Part shown: positions 17,251 to 28,400 of the stretch, piece by piece
How positions within the stretch are numbered: position 1 is the first letter of the stretch
How the letters are laid out: each line of letters begins with the position of its first letter
Virus record (IMG/VR): IMGVR_UViG_3300050343_000163
Source: a virus
DNA length: 64,000 nucleotides
Direction: 5' to 3' (one strand)
The notes under the pieces: generated by a model
What the model was told of the DNA's origin: nothing
Databases searched by the model: none
What the model saw: only the letters and a program-made list of their open reading frames with translations
Position numbers and translations under genes: made by a program

Positions 17251-17697
17251 ATGACCCTTTTTGGAAAGAGAATCACATATATTGTGATGTCTGTGGTGGG
17301 AGTAAGTCTTATTCCTGTAGGTGTATTGGCGGTCCCCGTGGTCCCAAATTTCAGCCAGGGAAGTATGACCAGTCATACGGAGACGACCAGTAAGGTAACC
17401 GAGACCATAAACAGCATGGACTATGCGACAGGATATCAATATTCTGTCACTGGATCAGGCGTAACTGCAAGTGGAAATCTGACACCAAGCACAGATTCCA
17501 ACAACGTAACTATTAATGGAGTGACATCATCATGGACTGGAGTAACCAGTACGCCAGCGTTTACACAAACAACACCAGGCGAAGCTTTTCAATTCTCAAA
17601 TACATACAACGGACCTGGCCTTCAAAATCATACGATTATAAACAGAGTAACAGAGGTTACAAGCGTAACCGACACAACAAGTATCTTCTCGCAATAA
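17251..17697 (+). CDS. Secreted Thr-rich protein
   Basis: Hydrophobic N-terminus followed by AVPVVPNFSQGSMTSHTETT. Confidence 0.75.
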   Translation: MTLFGKRITYIVMSVVGVSLIPVGVLAVPVVPNFSQGSMTSHTETTSKVTETINSMDYATGYQYSVTGSGVTASGNLTPSTDSNNVTINGVTSSWTGVTSTPAFTQTTPGEAFQFSNTYNGPGLQNHTIINRVTEVTSVTDTTSIFSQ

Positions 17698-18401
17698 AAA
17701 CACTATGTCTATCTGCCCTAACTGTAAGTGTAACTGCCCCTGTGAATGCAGAGACTGTAGGGGGTGTAAGTGCAACCGCATCCCCCGTAGCAAATAGCTC
17801 TGGCTCAGTTACCAATCAAGCTATTCAGGTTTTACAAGGACCATATATTACTAATACTTATGGTGCTGGTATTCAATGTCAAGGTGAAACTGTAAACTTT
17901 ACACCATTCATTACTGGTAGTGCATCAGCACAGAAACCATATCAAGATTTCTATGATACTCCAGTGTATGATATGAGAGATATGGATGAAGATGGAGCAC
18001 CTGATAATCCTGGTGACATATTATGGATGCAACCAACTAGAACTGGACAGAAAGATAATTACAACTTATCCGTTGGTATCAGTGCAACATGGTCTGTTCC
18101 AAGAGATAAAAAATTACAGCAGTTATGTAAAGAAGCAGCACAGTCTAACATTGCTTTGATGCAACAAGCTAATGCTAATAAAAGATTAGATTTTGAGATA
18201 GCTCGTCTTAAAAATTGTGGTGAGTTAATGAAATCTGGAATTCGATTCGCACCTAATACAAAATATGCAAGGATATGTGCAGACGTTCAAGTACAAGGTG
18301 TAAACTTTATGGTTCCACATGTACATAAGATTCCTAATGCGAAACCCAAAGTTAGCACTGATGCGTCAGTGTTAAGTCTTCCTATTTCTATTGGTGATTA
18401 G
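17694..18401 (+). CDS. Secreted protein; probable ATA start overlapping the upstream TAA
   Basis: In-frame (I/M)KTLCLSALTVSVTAPVNA|ETV signal peptide; C-terminal LDFEIARLKNCGEL...C. Confidence 0.65.
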   Translation: MKTLCLSALTVSVTAPVNAETVGGVSATASPVANSSGSVTNQAIQVLQGPYITNTYGAGIQCQGETVNFTPFITGSASAQKPYQDFYDTPVYDMRDMDEDGAPDNPGDILWMQPTRTGQKDNYNLSVGISATWSVPRDKKLQQLCKEAAQSNIALMQQANANKRLDFEIARLKNCGELMKSGIRFAPNTKYARICADVQVQGVNFMVPHVHKIPNAKPKVSTDASVLSLPISIGD

Positions 18402-18555
18402 TACCCACAATCTTCTTCCACCTATAAAACATGGCTTGTAAATGCCATGACTGTGCCAAACTTTTTGCACCCTCTTCTAAACGTCGAAGATCTCTCGGGT
18501 CGTTGGTGTACTTTTTATAATCTTCTCGCCAATCAATTTCTTTGTAATTTGTCAC
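18388..18555 (-). CDS. Conserved cyanophage small protein (55 aa, GTG start)
   Basis: Manual translation ...DWREDYKKYTNDPRDLRRLEEGAKSLAQSWHLQAMFYRWKK. Confidence 0.6.
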   Translation of the reverse strand: MTNYKEIDWREDYKKYTNDPRDLRRLEEGAKSLAQSWHLQAMFYRWKKIVGTNHQ

Positions 18556-18567
18556 GTTCTTTTAAAA

Positions 18568-19329
18568 TTATTTTTTGGGTAGTTTGAAAGGAGGTAATCC
18601 TCTCTTCTCTCTATACTTATTAGTTTGAATTTCATTAGCAGATAGTTTAGGAGGTTCTTTTCCTAATAACTTCTTAACTTTTTTAATGATCTGTTTGACA
18701 ATTGGTTTAACAACTTTCAATAGGAAAGGAGTGGCAGTCGCAGCTGCAGTTGCTACGATAGCAATTGATGCTGTTGTTGTGACTTGGTTTGTAGATGGTA
18801 TTCCTTTAATAAATTGATCAACAACAGTAATCTCTTCTTTGATTGGTATACATTCTTTTCCAACCAATCTATACTCAATAATTTTTTTAGTACCACCATC
18901 GGTAAGAGTACCGATTGGTTCCTTTAATTTTTGTGCTTCTGTAGGACACTTCACTGAAGCAGTATTAGTATCCTTTGGTATTTCAGGTGAATCTACCTCT
19001 GGTGATTCTGGTGATCTCACAGGAGGTACTTCTGCTTCTCCTGTAAACTGCAGTTCATCTTTATTATAATCAATAGGATTATAAGATGGCATTCCAGCAT
19101 CACAATATGTCCTGACACCTTTTGGGTCAGCAGTCTCAAGCATATTGTTTTCATCTACATCATGTGCTTCTACACAACCAGGCATATCGACAATCGGTAT
19201 GCCTACCTCTGTAGTTACAGGAGGATAGATAGGGATTGCTTGAGGTGGATCTAACAAATAATCAGGAGTGAAAGGGATTTTGATAGTATCAATCTCCCCT
19301 CCTCTCAATATAATTTCAGGAATTTCCAT
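18568..19329 (-). CDS. Pro-rich membrane-anchored protein with Cys pairs
   Basis: IPIVDMPGCVEAH...YCDAGMPSYNPIDY...CP...C; C-terminal TM plus basic tail. Confidence 0.7.
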   Translation of the reverse strand: MEIPEIILRGGEIDTIKIPFTPDYLLDPPQAIPIYPPVTTEVGIPIVDMPGCVEAHDVDENNMLETADPKGVRTYCDAGMPSYNPIDYNKDELQFTGEAEVPPVRSPESPEVDSPEIPKDTNTASVKCPTEAQKLKEPIGTLTDGGTKKIIEYRLVGKECIPIKEEITVVDQFIKGIPSTNQVTTTASIAIVATAAATATPFLLKVVKPIVKQIIKKVKKLLGKEPPKLSANEIQTNKYREKRGLPPFKLPKK

Positions 19330-19892
19330 CAACAATCATTAAATACACTACCAATTTGTGATCCTGCCTCAGATCCTGCTTTGTTACCTAGAAGTAACGC
19401 CCAACCACCAGCTAACCAACCCACATAGGGGATGCCAGAAAGGGCAGGAACAGCAACGCCAGCAGCAATAGCACTACCTGCCATTGCACCTTGACTCCGT
19501 GCGCCAGCGTCCGCCACGATGCACTCTACTTCTTTCGCAGACTTTCCCTGCTCATTAGTTGCACCTCCTAGGTTTCTAAACCCATCCATAGTGAATTGAT
19601 CACGACGATATTCTAGACGGTCTTCTATACCACCACCAAACAGTCCTTTCTTATTTTTTAAAAGATCTAGTGTTTGTTCAGATTCTAAGATAGCAGGATC
19701 GTTTGCTCTAAAATCAATTTGGTATCCATCTTTACCTGCTTTGATACTATAAGATGAATACTCCCCGTGAGGAATATTGATAGTAGGAACCTGTGGAGTA
19801 TTGGGTCTTCTGAATACATAACCTAACAATCCGATATGTGCTACTGCGAATAAACCTCCAACAGTAGCAGCAACAATCTTTAATTTAGTCAT
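19329..19892 (-). CDS. Membrane protein with glycine-zipper-like C-terminus
   Basis: N-terminal TM; GAMAGSAIAAGVAVP...GNKAGSEAGSQIG. Confidence 0.7.
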   Translation of the reverse strand: MTKLKIVAATVGGLFAVAHIGLLGYVFRRPNTPQVPTINIPHGEYSSYSIKAGKDGYQIDFRANDPAILESEQTLDLLKNKKGLFGGGIEDRLEYRRDQFTMDGFRNLGGATNEQGKSAKEVECIVADAGARSQGAMAGSAIAAGVAVPALSGIPYVGWLAGGWALLLGNKAGSEAGSQIGSVFNDC

Positions 19893-19894
19893 GA

Positions 19895-20143
19895 TCAGAA
19901 TGGCAATGCAGAACCACCAATGTCAGGAATAGCTCCACCAGTTTGACTAGGTAGTTCTGGCATAGAACCACCAACTAAACCAGGAAGTGAACCTGTAACT
20001 GCTTCAGTTACTGCCTTTGTAATTTTTCCTCTAGCATCTTCTACCAGTGTATCTTTATTCATATAAAGATATGTTCCACCACCCACAACTGTGAGTGATA
20101 CTACACCACTGAGAATAGCGATTGCGTTAATAATTTTTTGCAT
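19895..20143 (-). CDS. Small single-pass membrane protein
   Basis: MQKIINAIAILSGVVSLTVVGGGTYLY. Confidence 0.7.
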   Translation of the reverse strand: MQKIINAIAILSGVVSLTVVGGGTYLYMNKDTLVEDARGKITKAVTEAVTGSLPGLVGGSMPELPSQTGGAIPDIGGSALPF

Positions 20144-20148
20144 AGTAA

Positions 20149-20580
20149 TTACATTTTGTAAGTGTCATCTTTATCCGAGGTCGTAATCTTAACAGGTGCT
20201 TGTTCGATTCTAATTGTTTGTGAAGGAGCAGTTTGTGCTGCCTTCTCAATCAGTCTCTCCATCTGTTCTTTAGTGATACCACCACCATTACCACCACCAC
20301 CATCTCCTGCTTTCTTTGCTGCTTGCACACCAAAAGTAGCTAAAACTCCAGTAAAGACCGAAGCTATGAAAGTTGGATCGAGTTTCTGCTCAGGAATTCC
20401 CAAGGCAGGAGGTAGTTTAATATACGCCAGAGTAAGAATTCCACCAGACCAAACAAGAATACCAAGACGGACAAAGGTAGAGAGAATTGCAAGTTGTTCT
20501 TCCTTATCGTCTGCTGCTTCTTTCAGTTTACCAAGAATACCTTTCTTTTTAGGTTCTTCTTTCTTTACTTCTTCTGACAT
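20149..20580 (-). CDS. Two-TM membrane protein
   Basis: STFVRLGILVWSGGILTLAY...DPTFIASVFTGVLATFGV; late-promoter-like ATAAATA near 20605. Confidence 0.72.
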   Translation of the reverse strand: MSEEVKKEEPKKKGILGKLKEAADDKEEQLAILSTFVRLGILVWSGGILTLAYIKLPPALGIPEQKLDPTFIASVFTGVLATFGVQAAKKAGDGGGGNGGGITKEQMERLIEKAAQTAPSQTIRIEQAPVKITTSDKDDTYKM

Positions 20581-20607
20581 ATCTCCCACATAATACAACA
20601 GCTCTAT

Positions 20608-21750
20608 TTATCCTACCAAGTATCCCCAGAAAACAGATTCGCCACCACCTTTAAATTTAATAGTAGAATAGTTTCCATTGCGGTACATACAAACTGTATC
20701 GCCAGCAGCTAATTGCAATAGGTGAGTGGGATTATATGAATTATACATCGAATTGAAATTAGCATCAGTTCTAGTTCCACCTTCACTTTCAACCAATGTT
20801 GTAGAACCATTTACTATGAAAGTAATATACATCCAATTAGATCCACTTGTAAGATAACCGCTACTAATTCCATTAGGAGCTTCTAATTGTAATTCTGCTC
20901 CGAACAGATACGTACCAGCAACTGGTGCTGTGAATTCACTAGTAGAAGTATTAAAATTACCACCCCTATCCATATTTTCTTCGTCAAAAGGAATTTTTGT
21001 CCAACCGTCTGTCGCTACATTCCAAGTGGTTTCATTAACAGAATACCTAACAATAAATGCTGGTTGCCTTGGTTTTGTTACTTCGCCAGCAGTATCTATA
21101 CGAAGTGCTTCACCTGTAGCTACCTTAAATGATAGCGCAGAAGCGTTAGTTCCATCATTAATGCTAGGATTAAGTATTGCAGACCAGTTATTACCAGTAC
21201 CATTATAAAATCTTATTGAATAATCTGTTCTATGACTAAATGATAGTTGTCCATCAAATAAATCCAATTCAGTTCTAGGACTAGCACTACTTCCAATGCC
21301 AACATCACCAGTAAACATGGCATTGCCAGTGTTAGAAAATAATTTTATCTTAGGACTAGTAAAAGCACCAGTAGAATCAAGTTCTATATGACCAGCAGAT
21401 TTAACATTTGTATCAATTTCACCAGCAGCATTAATAGCAAAGGCTCCAGAAGCAAAACTGGCGGTGCCATCTGGTCCTAATTGAATTGCAGTGGATGCGT
21501 TGTCACCAGTAAGTCTGACTCTTAAGTAACTACTGTCTTGAATAGACATGTCAGCACCAAACTTAGCAGTGCTACCAGTCCAAACTAGATTATTATTACC
21601 ATCAATCTCTAACTTATTACTACCCTCAATCAATCTATCAGTAGGAGTAACACCCAGTCCAATCCACTTAGCTCCATCCCATTTGTATGTGATAGACCCT
21701 GCAGTAAAAGTATCATTTGTACTGGGACTAGTGGGAAAATTGATTGCCAT
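20608..21750 (-). CDS. Tail-fibre-associated protein with C-terminal C1q-like domain
   Basis: MAINFPTSP...TYKWDGAKW N-terminal module; KIPFDEENMDRGGNFNTSTSEFTAPVAGTYLF. Confidence 0.75.
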   Translation of the reverse strand: MAINFPTSPSTNDTFTAGSITYKWDGAKWIGLGVTPTDRLIEGSNKLEIDGNNNLVWTGSTAKFGADMSIQDSSYLRVRLTGDNASTAIQLGPDGTASFASGAFAINAAGEIDTNVKSAGHIELDSTGAFTSPKIKLFSNTGNAMFTGDVGIGSSASPRTELDLFDGQLSFSHRTDYSIRFYNGTGNNWSAILNPSINDGTNASALSFKVATGEALRIDTAGEVTKPRQPAFIVRYSVNETTWNVATDGWTKIPFDEENMDRGGNFNTSTSEFTAPVAGTYLFGAELQLEAPNGISSGYLTSGSNWMYITFIVNGSTTLVESEGGTRTDANFNSMYNSYNPTHLLQLAAGDTVCMYRNGNYSTIKFKGGGESVFWGYLVG

Positions 21751-21792
21751 TTGAGTTTAGATTAGAGATACCCTGATGTATTTATGATGTGC

Positions 21793-23046
21793 TTAGAGTT
21801 CTGATTCAAAGTAAAGGTATCCTGAAGTATTGCTCACATTTTTAATATTTACTCTATATCCATTTCCATTTGCGGTTGAAACTGCTGTAATTGATAAAGA
21901 TAAATGAGTTCCCTGAGGATATCCTCCATACGAAACAATATTCGCAGATCCCCCTAGCTCGTTCAAAGTATTTGGGTATAATCTATCTGTGACATCGGAA
22001 ACAGTTCCTCCATCCTGAACGTTTATGAATTTATTATAAATTTGCGGATAATTTCTCATTGCTACTGGACAAGCGATACTAGAAAATACTCTATTGCTAC
22101 TACCACCATGACCCCAACTAAAAATGTTCCAATTACCATTTTGGGGAGATGTTAAACTCCAAAAATATCTCTGACACAATGCAAGTTCATCATTATAAAA
22201 ACGATGCTCGAATTCAGTGGCATTTTTTCCTACTTCTAGCTGAACTCCAGTGATAAAATACCGATTACTAGTAGAACTCACAAAATTAACTTGATTTCCT
22301 GTTGTTAGTTCATCACTACTTACCCACTGACCGTCAATACCATCATCAAATTGAGTGCCACTTGCTAAACAAAATCTTACTCTAATTCCAATAGAGTTTG
22401 TTCTTTCCCAAGTTCCATCAGTACATCCAGGAAAGGTTAATGATACTTTCTGCCATTTAAATCCTGGATCAACCGTATATTCTCTTATGCAGGTTTTATT
22501 TACTGCATTATTTTCTAAACCAACACAATATGTTCCAGTTACATTGGATCTTACCCAAAAAGATAGAGTAACTGGTTTTGCTTTTTCAGTTCCCCATCCA
22601 AGATGGGCTGTATTGTATGCCTCAATGTTCTGAAAGAAATGAAGATTTTCAGTTGAGGATAAAGAACTATTATCAGAAGTTACGGCAAATTGAAATGCCT
22701 TTGAAAATTCTCTTACATCACTGCTAAAAGCATTACTACTAGTTGGATCTCCATCTATGTTTACACTTATAGTAGCACCAGTTGCTTCGTTGACCGCCCA
22801 ACGATCTGGTCCACCATAGCTACCACCAGTTGCATTTGGAATTACATATGAACTGGTGCCATTTCTTTGATTAATAGTCATGGCACCATTGATGATCATA
22901 TTTTTACGACCAGCACTTACAAGGTCTCTTGCCTCTTGTACTGTCACAGCACGCATCAACTCACGACCTTTCAGACCAATATTGTTAGTGAGTTCTTTTA
23001 ACTTTTCCCTGATATTAAAAGCAGGTTTGTTTACTCTAACTGTCAT
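21793..23046 (-). CDS. Tail-fibre-associated, putative carbohydrate-binding protein
   Basis: RKNMIINGAMTINQR, DRW, TLSFWVRS, ITGVQLEVG, ELALCQRYF. Confidence 0.72.
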   Translation of the reverse strand: MTVRVNKPAFNIREKLKELTNNIGLKGRELMRAVTVQEARDLVSAGRKNMIINGAMTINQRNGTSSYVIPNATGGSYGGPDRWAVNEATGATISVNIDGDPTSSNAFSSDVREFSKAFQFAVTSDNSSLSSTENLHFFQNIEAYNTAHLGWGTEKAKPVTLSFWVRSNVTGTYCVGLENNAVNKTCIREYTVDPGFKWQKVSLTFPGCTDGTWERTNSIGIRVRFCLASGTQFDDGIDGQWVSSDELTTGNQVNFVSSTSNRYFITGVQLEVGKNATEFEHRFYNDELALCQRYFWSLTSPQNGNWNIFSWGHGGSSNRVFSSIACPVAMRNYPQIYNKFINVQDGGTVSDVTDRLYPNTLNELGGSANIVSYGGYPQGTHLSLSITAVSTANGNGYRVNIKNVSNTSGYLYFESEL

Positions 23047-23047
23047 A

Positions 23048-25411
23048 TTACTGCTCTGTGATGAGTGAATCGTGTGCTGAAATCTCAGTCGTAACTGGAT
23101 CTGTTGTATTATTTATTCTACGTAGTCCCTGAAAATCAGAACGACCATCAGAAGTTCCTACGTGTAGAAGTTCAGTGGTATCATCATAAGCAAGAGCAGT
23201 CACGGCATCAGAAGAACCATATAAGGTTGCCTTAGCATTCTCTTGGAACAGAAGCTTCTCGTCCTCATACATCTTCTTGACTTGTTCTGCTGTTGGTGCT
23301 GATTTAGATATCCTAAACAGTGCTAAAGATGTAGTAGTTAGTGGTCTGCTTGTATTCGGTCTTTCGCCAATCCAAGTTTTTGCTGATGTATTACTTACAT
23401 CTCTAGTGGATGTTGTTGAGGACATAAGTTCACCATTAAAATATACTCCAAAGAAAGATCCATGTCTAACTAAAGAGTAATGACTCCACTGACCATTTGC
23501 TGCAGTTGCAATGGGAATATTAACATTATCAGTAGAACTAAATGCAGATTCTGCAAGGTATGCTGCTAGATTACTACCATTATATTCAATCTGAATAAGT
23601 TTTCCACTACCCCAAGTTCCAGTTCCACCATCTCCTCTATGTAAAATACATTCTATTGGTGTTGATCCATTAGGAGTTTTAAACCAGAATGTAATATTTA
23701 AATCACCAGTTCCAAAATCTAAATCAGAATTATAAGGTTGTTGTAGATAATTACTAGCACTAAACCCACTATAAGCAACCAACTCTGCACCAGTAGCAAC
23801 AGCACTCTTGGTGATTGTTCCAAAAACAGAAAGACCTTTGCCATTTGTTGAACGATCTTTTTCTAATGTTACCGAAATTTGATCATAGGCACTGGTCCCT
23901 CCAGATGTGCTCTTTGAAAACACAAGGATAAAAGTAGTGGTTGCTGTTGCAGTAAAAGTAGCAAAGATTGTTTTACCATCAGCATCAGATCCTAAGTCTC
24001 TCCAACCACTAGCATTCACACCTACACCTTTTAATAAACCAGCAGAACTATTTGTAGAATCGTTTTTAACCACTAATCTACCATCAGCAGTTCCTTGATC
24101 ATACTTGAGTGAAATTTTATATGTCTTACCAATTTCTGTTGTAATCGATGTATGTGCATATCCCCAACTTGCACCACTATTCGGAGCAGTTATCAGTAGT
24201 CTATTGGAATCTAAAGTTGCTGTGCCAATTGCGGCAATCCAATCATTTACATTACTATCAAAATATCCATTTGTAACAAGTTCAGTGGCATTAGTAGTAT
24301 CAGTATCAGACAGGAAAGCACCTTTGATGTCTCCGTGTTGGTATCCAGTGTTGTAGTCTGATGCGACAAAGGCAACCATTCCATTATTTTGTGATTCGTA
24401 GTCTTCAACAAAAAGACTTAAACCATTTACATTTCCAACAACACCTCCATCATTATTAGATACTATACTTGTGATATCTTCATTAGTGTCATCATTATAT
24501 AGAGCATTAAAGTTTGGTCTCATATTTGCAAAAGATCCACTCGTAGCATATGAGAAGTATGTTGCATCTGCACCCTCTTCATATACATTATTTGAAATAT
24601 CAGAAGATGGTATTACATATCTGTTAAACTGATATACATCAGTAACAGAACTAGAAGCTTGTGCTGCAAAATATAATCTTCCTGATTTATCAAAATGAAT
24701 TAGATCAACATCATTAACTGCCTTTGATGAAGTAATATCAACAACAGTCCCATCATCTTTAATCACACTCACACCACCATCAGTCGCAACGGCAATAGTA
24801 GGAACAGGAAGTTCAGTGGCACTATCAATCGGGGCATTAGGTAGCACGGTCATTGCTACATCATTACAATTTGCATTTATAATGTAGTTTGTGCTGTTAC
24901 TTGAACTCAAACCTTTACCAGAATTTCTTTCACCAATTCCACCAAGATATTCTCTATCAGCACTATTTGTTATTCTGTGTGATGTATCAGAAATAAATTT
25001 AATTAAATATAATGCCTCATTTCCTGTTGTAAGTGATAATATTCCATTTAGAGAACTAATTGCACTATTTGTTCCTGATGTTGTTCCAATTAGATTATTA
25101 CTTGTCACATATGAACCACCTTGATTAAACACCATCCACATAGGCATATCAGGGTCATCACCATCATAAATGGTTACCTTAGTTGTCTCCGCAACAATAA
25201 CAGCAACGGCAGGAAACTCTTTCCTACTACCTCTAGTTGCTGTATTCAGTGTTTCATTATACCAAGAAGTATTCTGGGTTCTCTTTCTCCAAGCACCACC
25301 ATCACTATCCTTCGCGGTGTCGTAAACAAAGACATCTACTGCAGTATCTGATATTGATGCTGATATTGTACTCAGATCATTTTCTCCTACTAAAGTACCG
25401 AAAATTGCCAT
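23048..25411 (-). CDS. Virion structural protein with LamG/concanavalin-like domain
   Basis: FGTGDLNITFWFK...GQWSHYSLVRHG...YFNG. Confidence 0.72.
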   Translation of the reverse strand: MAIFGTLVGENDLSTISASISDTAVDVFVYDTAKDSDGGAWRKRTQNTSWYNETLNTATRGSRKEFPAVAVIVAETTKVTIYDGDDPDMPMWMVFNQGGSYVTSNNLIGTTSGTNSAISSLNGILSLTTGNEALYLIKFISDTSHRITNSADREYLGGIGERNSGKGLSSSNSTNYIINANCNDVAMTVLPNAPIDSATELPVPTIAVATDGGVSVIKDDGTVVDITSSKAVNDVDLIHFDKSGRLYFAAQASSSVTDVYQFNRYVIPSSDISNNVYEEGADATYFSYATSGSFANMRPNFNALYNDDTNEDITSIVSNNDGGVVGNVNGLSLFVEDYESQNNGMVAFVASDYNTGYQHGDIKGAFLSDTDTTNATELVTNGYFDSNVNDWIAAIGTATLDSNRLLITAPNSGASWGYAHTSITTEIGKTYKISLKYDQGTADGRLVVKNDSTNSSAGLLKGVGVNASGWRDLGSDADGKTIFATFTATATTTFILVFSKSTSGGTSAYDQISVTLEKDRSTNGKGLSVFGTITKSAVATGAELVAYSGFSASNYLQQPYNSDLDFGTGDLNITFWFKTPNGSTPIECILHRGDGGTGTWGSGKLIQIEYNGSNLAAYLAESAFSSTDNVNIPIATAANGQWSHYSLVRHGSFFGVYFNGELMSSTTSTRDVSNTSAKTWIGERPNTSRPLTTTSLALFRISKSAPTAEQVKKMYEDEKLLFQENAKATLYGSSDAVTALAYDDTTELLHVGTSDGRSDFQGLRRINNTTDPVTTEISAHDSLITEQ

Positions 25412-25414
25412 GTC

Positions 25415-28400
25415 TTATGCTACCTCTGTAAGATTGAACTTGTAGGTTTTACCGTTCCTTCTATTTATCAGGAACAAGTCTTCCTCACCCTCTTGAATTG
25501 TATACTGACCCCAAGTTCCATCTACTTCATTAGCAGCACCCTCGTTAGATAGTTGAAGGTCAGCAGAGTAGATGTTCGCCCAACGCTTAGTTGCTGAACC
25601 AAGATCACTGGTAGCATCAGTAGCTGGTGTAATATTTCCTTCAATAACTAAATTAGTTGGGAGTCCATATGGATTAGTGTCAACCCATTGAGAACTAGAT
25701 CCATCATTATAATAGATAAAGAGGCGACCATCATCAGTATCATACCAAAGGTCCCCTTCACTTTGAGTTGCTGGTGGTCCACTGGATACTGCTGCTGATC
25801 CACCAAGAGCACTCCAAGATTGATTAGGAGAAGCACCAGAATATCCCTCAAATTTATTTGTCTCAGTATTATATCTCAGCATACCAACAAGTGCTGCAGT
25901 ATTTCCAGTCTCTCCAGCACGATTTGCAGTTGCACCAACTGGTAGCTTAACCTCACCTGTTCCAGTAAAGTTGAATGATGTTGCACCAGCACCAGTAGTT
26001 GCACTACCTAAAGTATATCCAGCAGTTCCACCAGCAACATCAATCTGTCCTGCTGCTGCTCCAGCATTAGGTCCGATGGTTGATGTATTTGGATCTGCAA
26101 TTTTAATTGCATTCAGTGAGAAATACTTTCCAGAAGCAAGATCAAAGTGTTCAGAAGAAACCCAAGTGTTATATGTGACACCAGCGTCTGCTCCCTTCCA
26201 GAGAATCGACTTGTCAGTGGTGCCTTTAACGATCATACCACCGTCAACAGCTGCAGCATCAGAAGGACCAATGGCAGTTAATGTAATCTGTCCACTACCA
26301 GTGATGTTGTTAGAAAGAACAGCAGCGTTAGCAGTGATAGAAACAATTGTTGTGTTTGGCGGAACTGTAAATCCATTTGTAGAAGTTGTAACTTCCATGC
26401 CAGGAATCAAACCTGCAGTGGGGTTGATTGCAGTAATGTTTGCAGTGCCAGTAACAGCAGTAGCTACAAACTGTCTACTTACAACGTATGCAAGTTCAAT
26501 ATTTTTATCAGCAATTCTTACAATATTAGATTGAGTAATTGTCTGTTGTCCTAGAACATTCAAATTACCTTTAACTGTTAGATCAACGTCAACAGTAACA
26601 TCATTATTGAAAGTAACATCAAAGTTTGAATCACCTCTGACCCATGCTTGACCACCTGAACCAATAACAAGTTGGTTGTCTCCACTAATATTAGGTGGAC
26701 GGAATGTTACATCACCAGAGTTTTCATTGTATGCAGGACCAATAAGAACGTTACCGTCACCAAAAACATCGAAACCAGCATAGTGTCCAATACAGACGTT
26801 GTGATTTCCATCAACGTTTTGCTCTAATACATTGTTACCAATACCTATGTTCTTACTTCCAGCAGTATTGACCAGTAGTACATCTTTACCCAGTCCAATA
26901 TTGTTTGCGCCGATACCATTTGCTCTTAAAACCCTGTGTCCAAAAGCTGTATTGGATGCACCTGAATTTGTTGTGAATAATGTTTCATATCCATAACCAG
27001 TATTTTGAGATCCAGAAGTAACGCTGTTGAGTGTTCTTACACCCATTGCAGTGTTTGTATTGACAGCACTACCACCACGTCCAACTCTCATTGGATCAGT
27101 ACCAGTTCCTCTGATTAACAGGTCAGCATTTTCAGAGTTAAACTGTGCATTACATAAAAGATTATCAGTTGAAGCACCACCTACTGTCAGGTCTTCGTTT
27201 ACAGTTACACTTTGATTGAATGTTGTTGTACCACCAGCAGCACCAATTGTAATGATGCTAGCTGCACCTGCCATGGTTAGATTAGTTACACCAGAATTCA
27301 ATAAATTAAATCCAGGTGATGTTGTCGTAATACCAGTTAAGATTGTTGGGTTTGTTTGGAATACTAACTTATCAAGACCAGTAGTATCTGTAATCAAACC
27401 ACGTAACTGTGTGGATGTTGTTGATGCAAACGATGCTAAAGTATCTGATGTAAATGCAACGTTACCACCCTGTCTAAAGTTTACACTAATAGAAGAGGTA
27501 CTGTTATCAGATGTAAGAACAAGATCTCTATCAACATCCAGTGTTTTACTTGTAGCAATATCTAAAGTTGCAGATGCAGTAGAAGCAATCTCAAGTCCAT
27601 TGATCGATGTAGCTGTAGCTGCTCCAAGAATAGGTGCAGTTAATGTTGGTGCTGTAAGAGTTTTGTTAGTTAGAACTTGCGTCTCACCTTCAGTAACAAA
27701 TCTTTTCTCTACGGAACCATCCCACGATCTCCAGTATCCAGAAGACTCATTCCATTGTAGAGAAACATATGATGTAATGTTACCTGAAGAATCAGATGTC
27801 CTGTTAAGAGTGATACCACCATTAGCACCAGTAAGATTAACACCCTTTCTTAATTCAATATCATTATCTTCCACTTGTAAAGTAGAAGTGTTTAGAATTG
27901 TTTGAGTTCCCTCAACAACTAAGTCTCCATTAATTGTGACTGTAGATCCATTGTCAGTAATTAAAGTATCTGTTAACTGTAGGTTACCTGCATCCCATTT
28001 CATTACAGTGTTACCACTGAAATTACTATAGTTTTTAATTCTAAAATCTACTCCAGAAAGAATTACACCACCAGAAGCAGTTAGCGTAGCACCTGTATCG
28101 TCGTTAGCAGATGTGAATGTAAATGTAGTGACACCAGCAACTGTTTGTGAGCTAACACTAGTTGCTCCAGCACCTGAGAACTGGAAGTCACCAGAAGAAA
28201 CTACTCCGTTATTAGCACCTAGTTTGGTAATAGTATCTGTGTCTATACTTGCAACAGAGATAGTGTTACCAGCTTGTGATACTGTAACATTTGTACCACC
28301 AGTAATTGTTGTATCACCAGTTACGAATGATCCTGCGCCGCCACCCTTGAGTCTAGTGATAGTATCAGTAGAATCATATGTAATAGTAGGATCACCATTA

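Noticed and set aside
20162-20593. 143-aa plus-strand ORF mirroring the two-TM protein
   Set aside because: Exact antisense shadow with Ser/Pro-rich composition.
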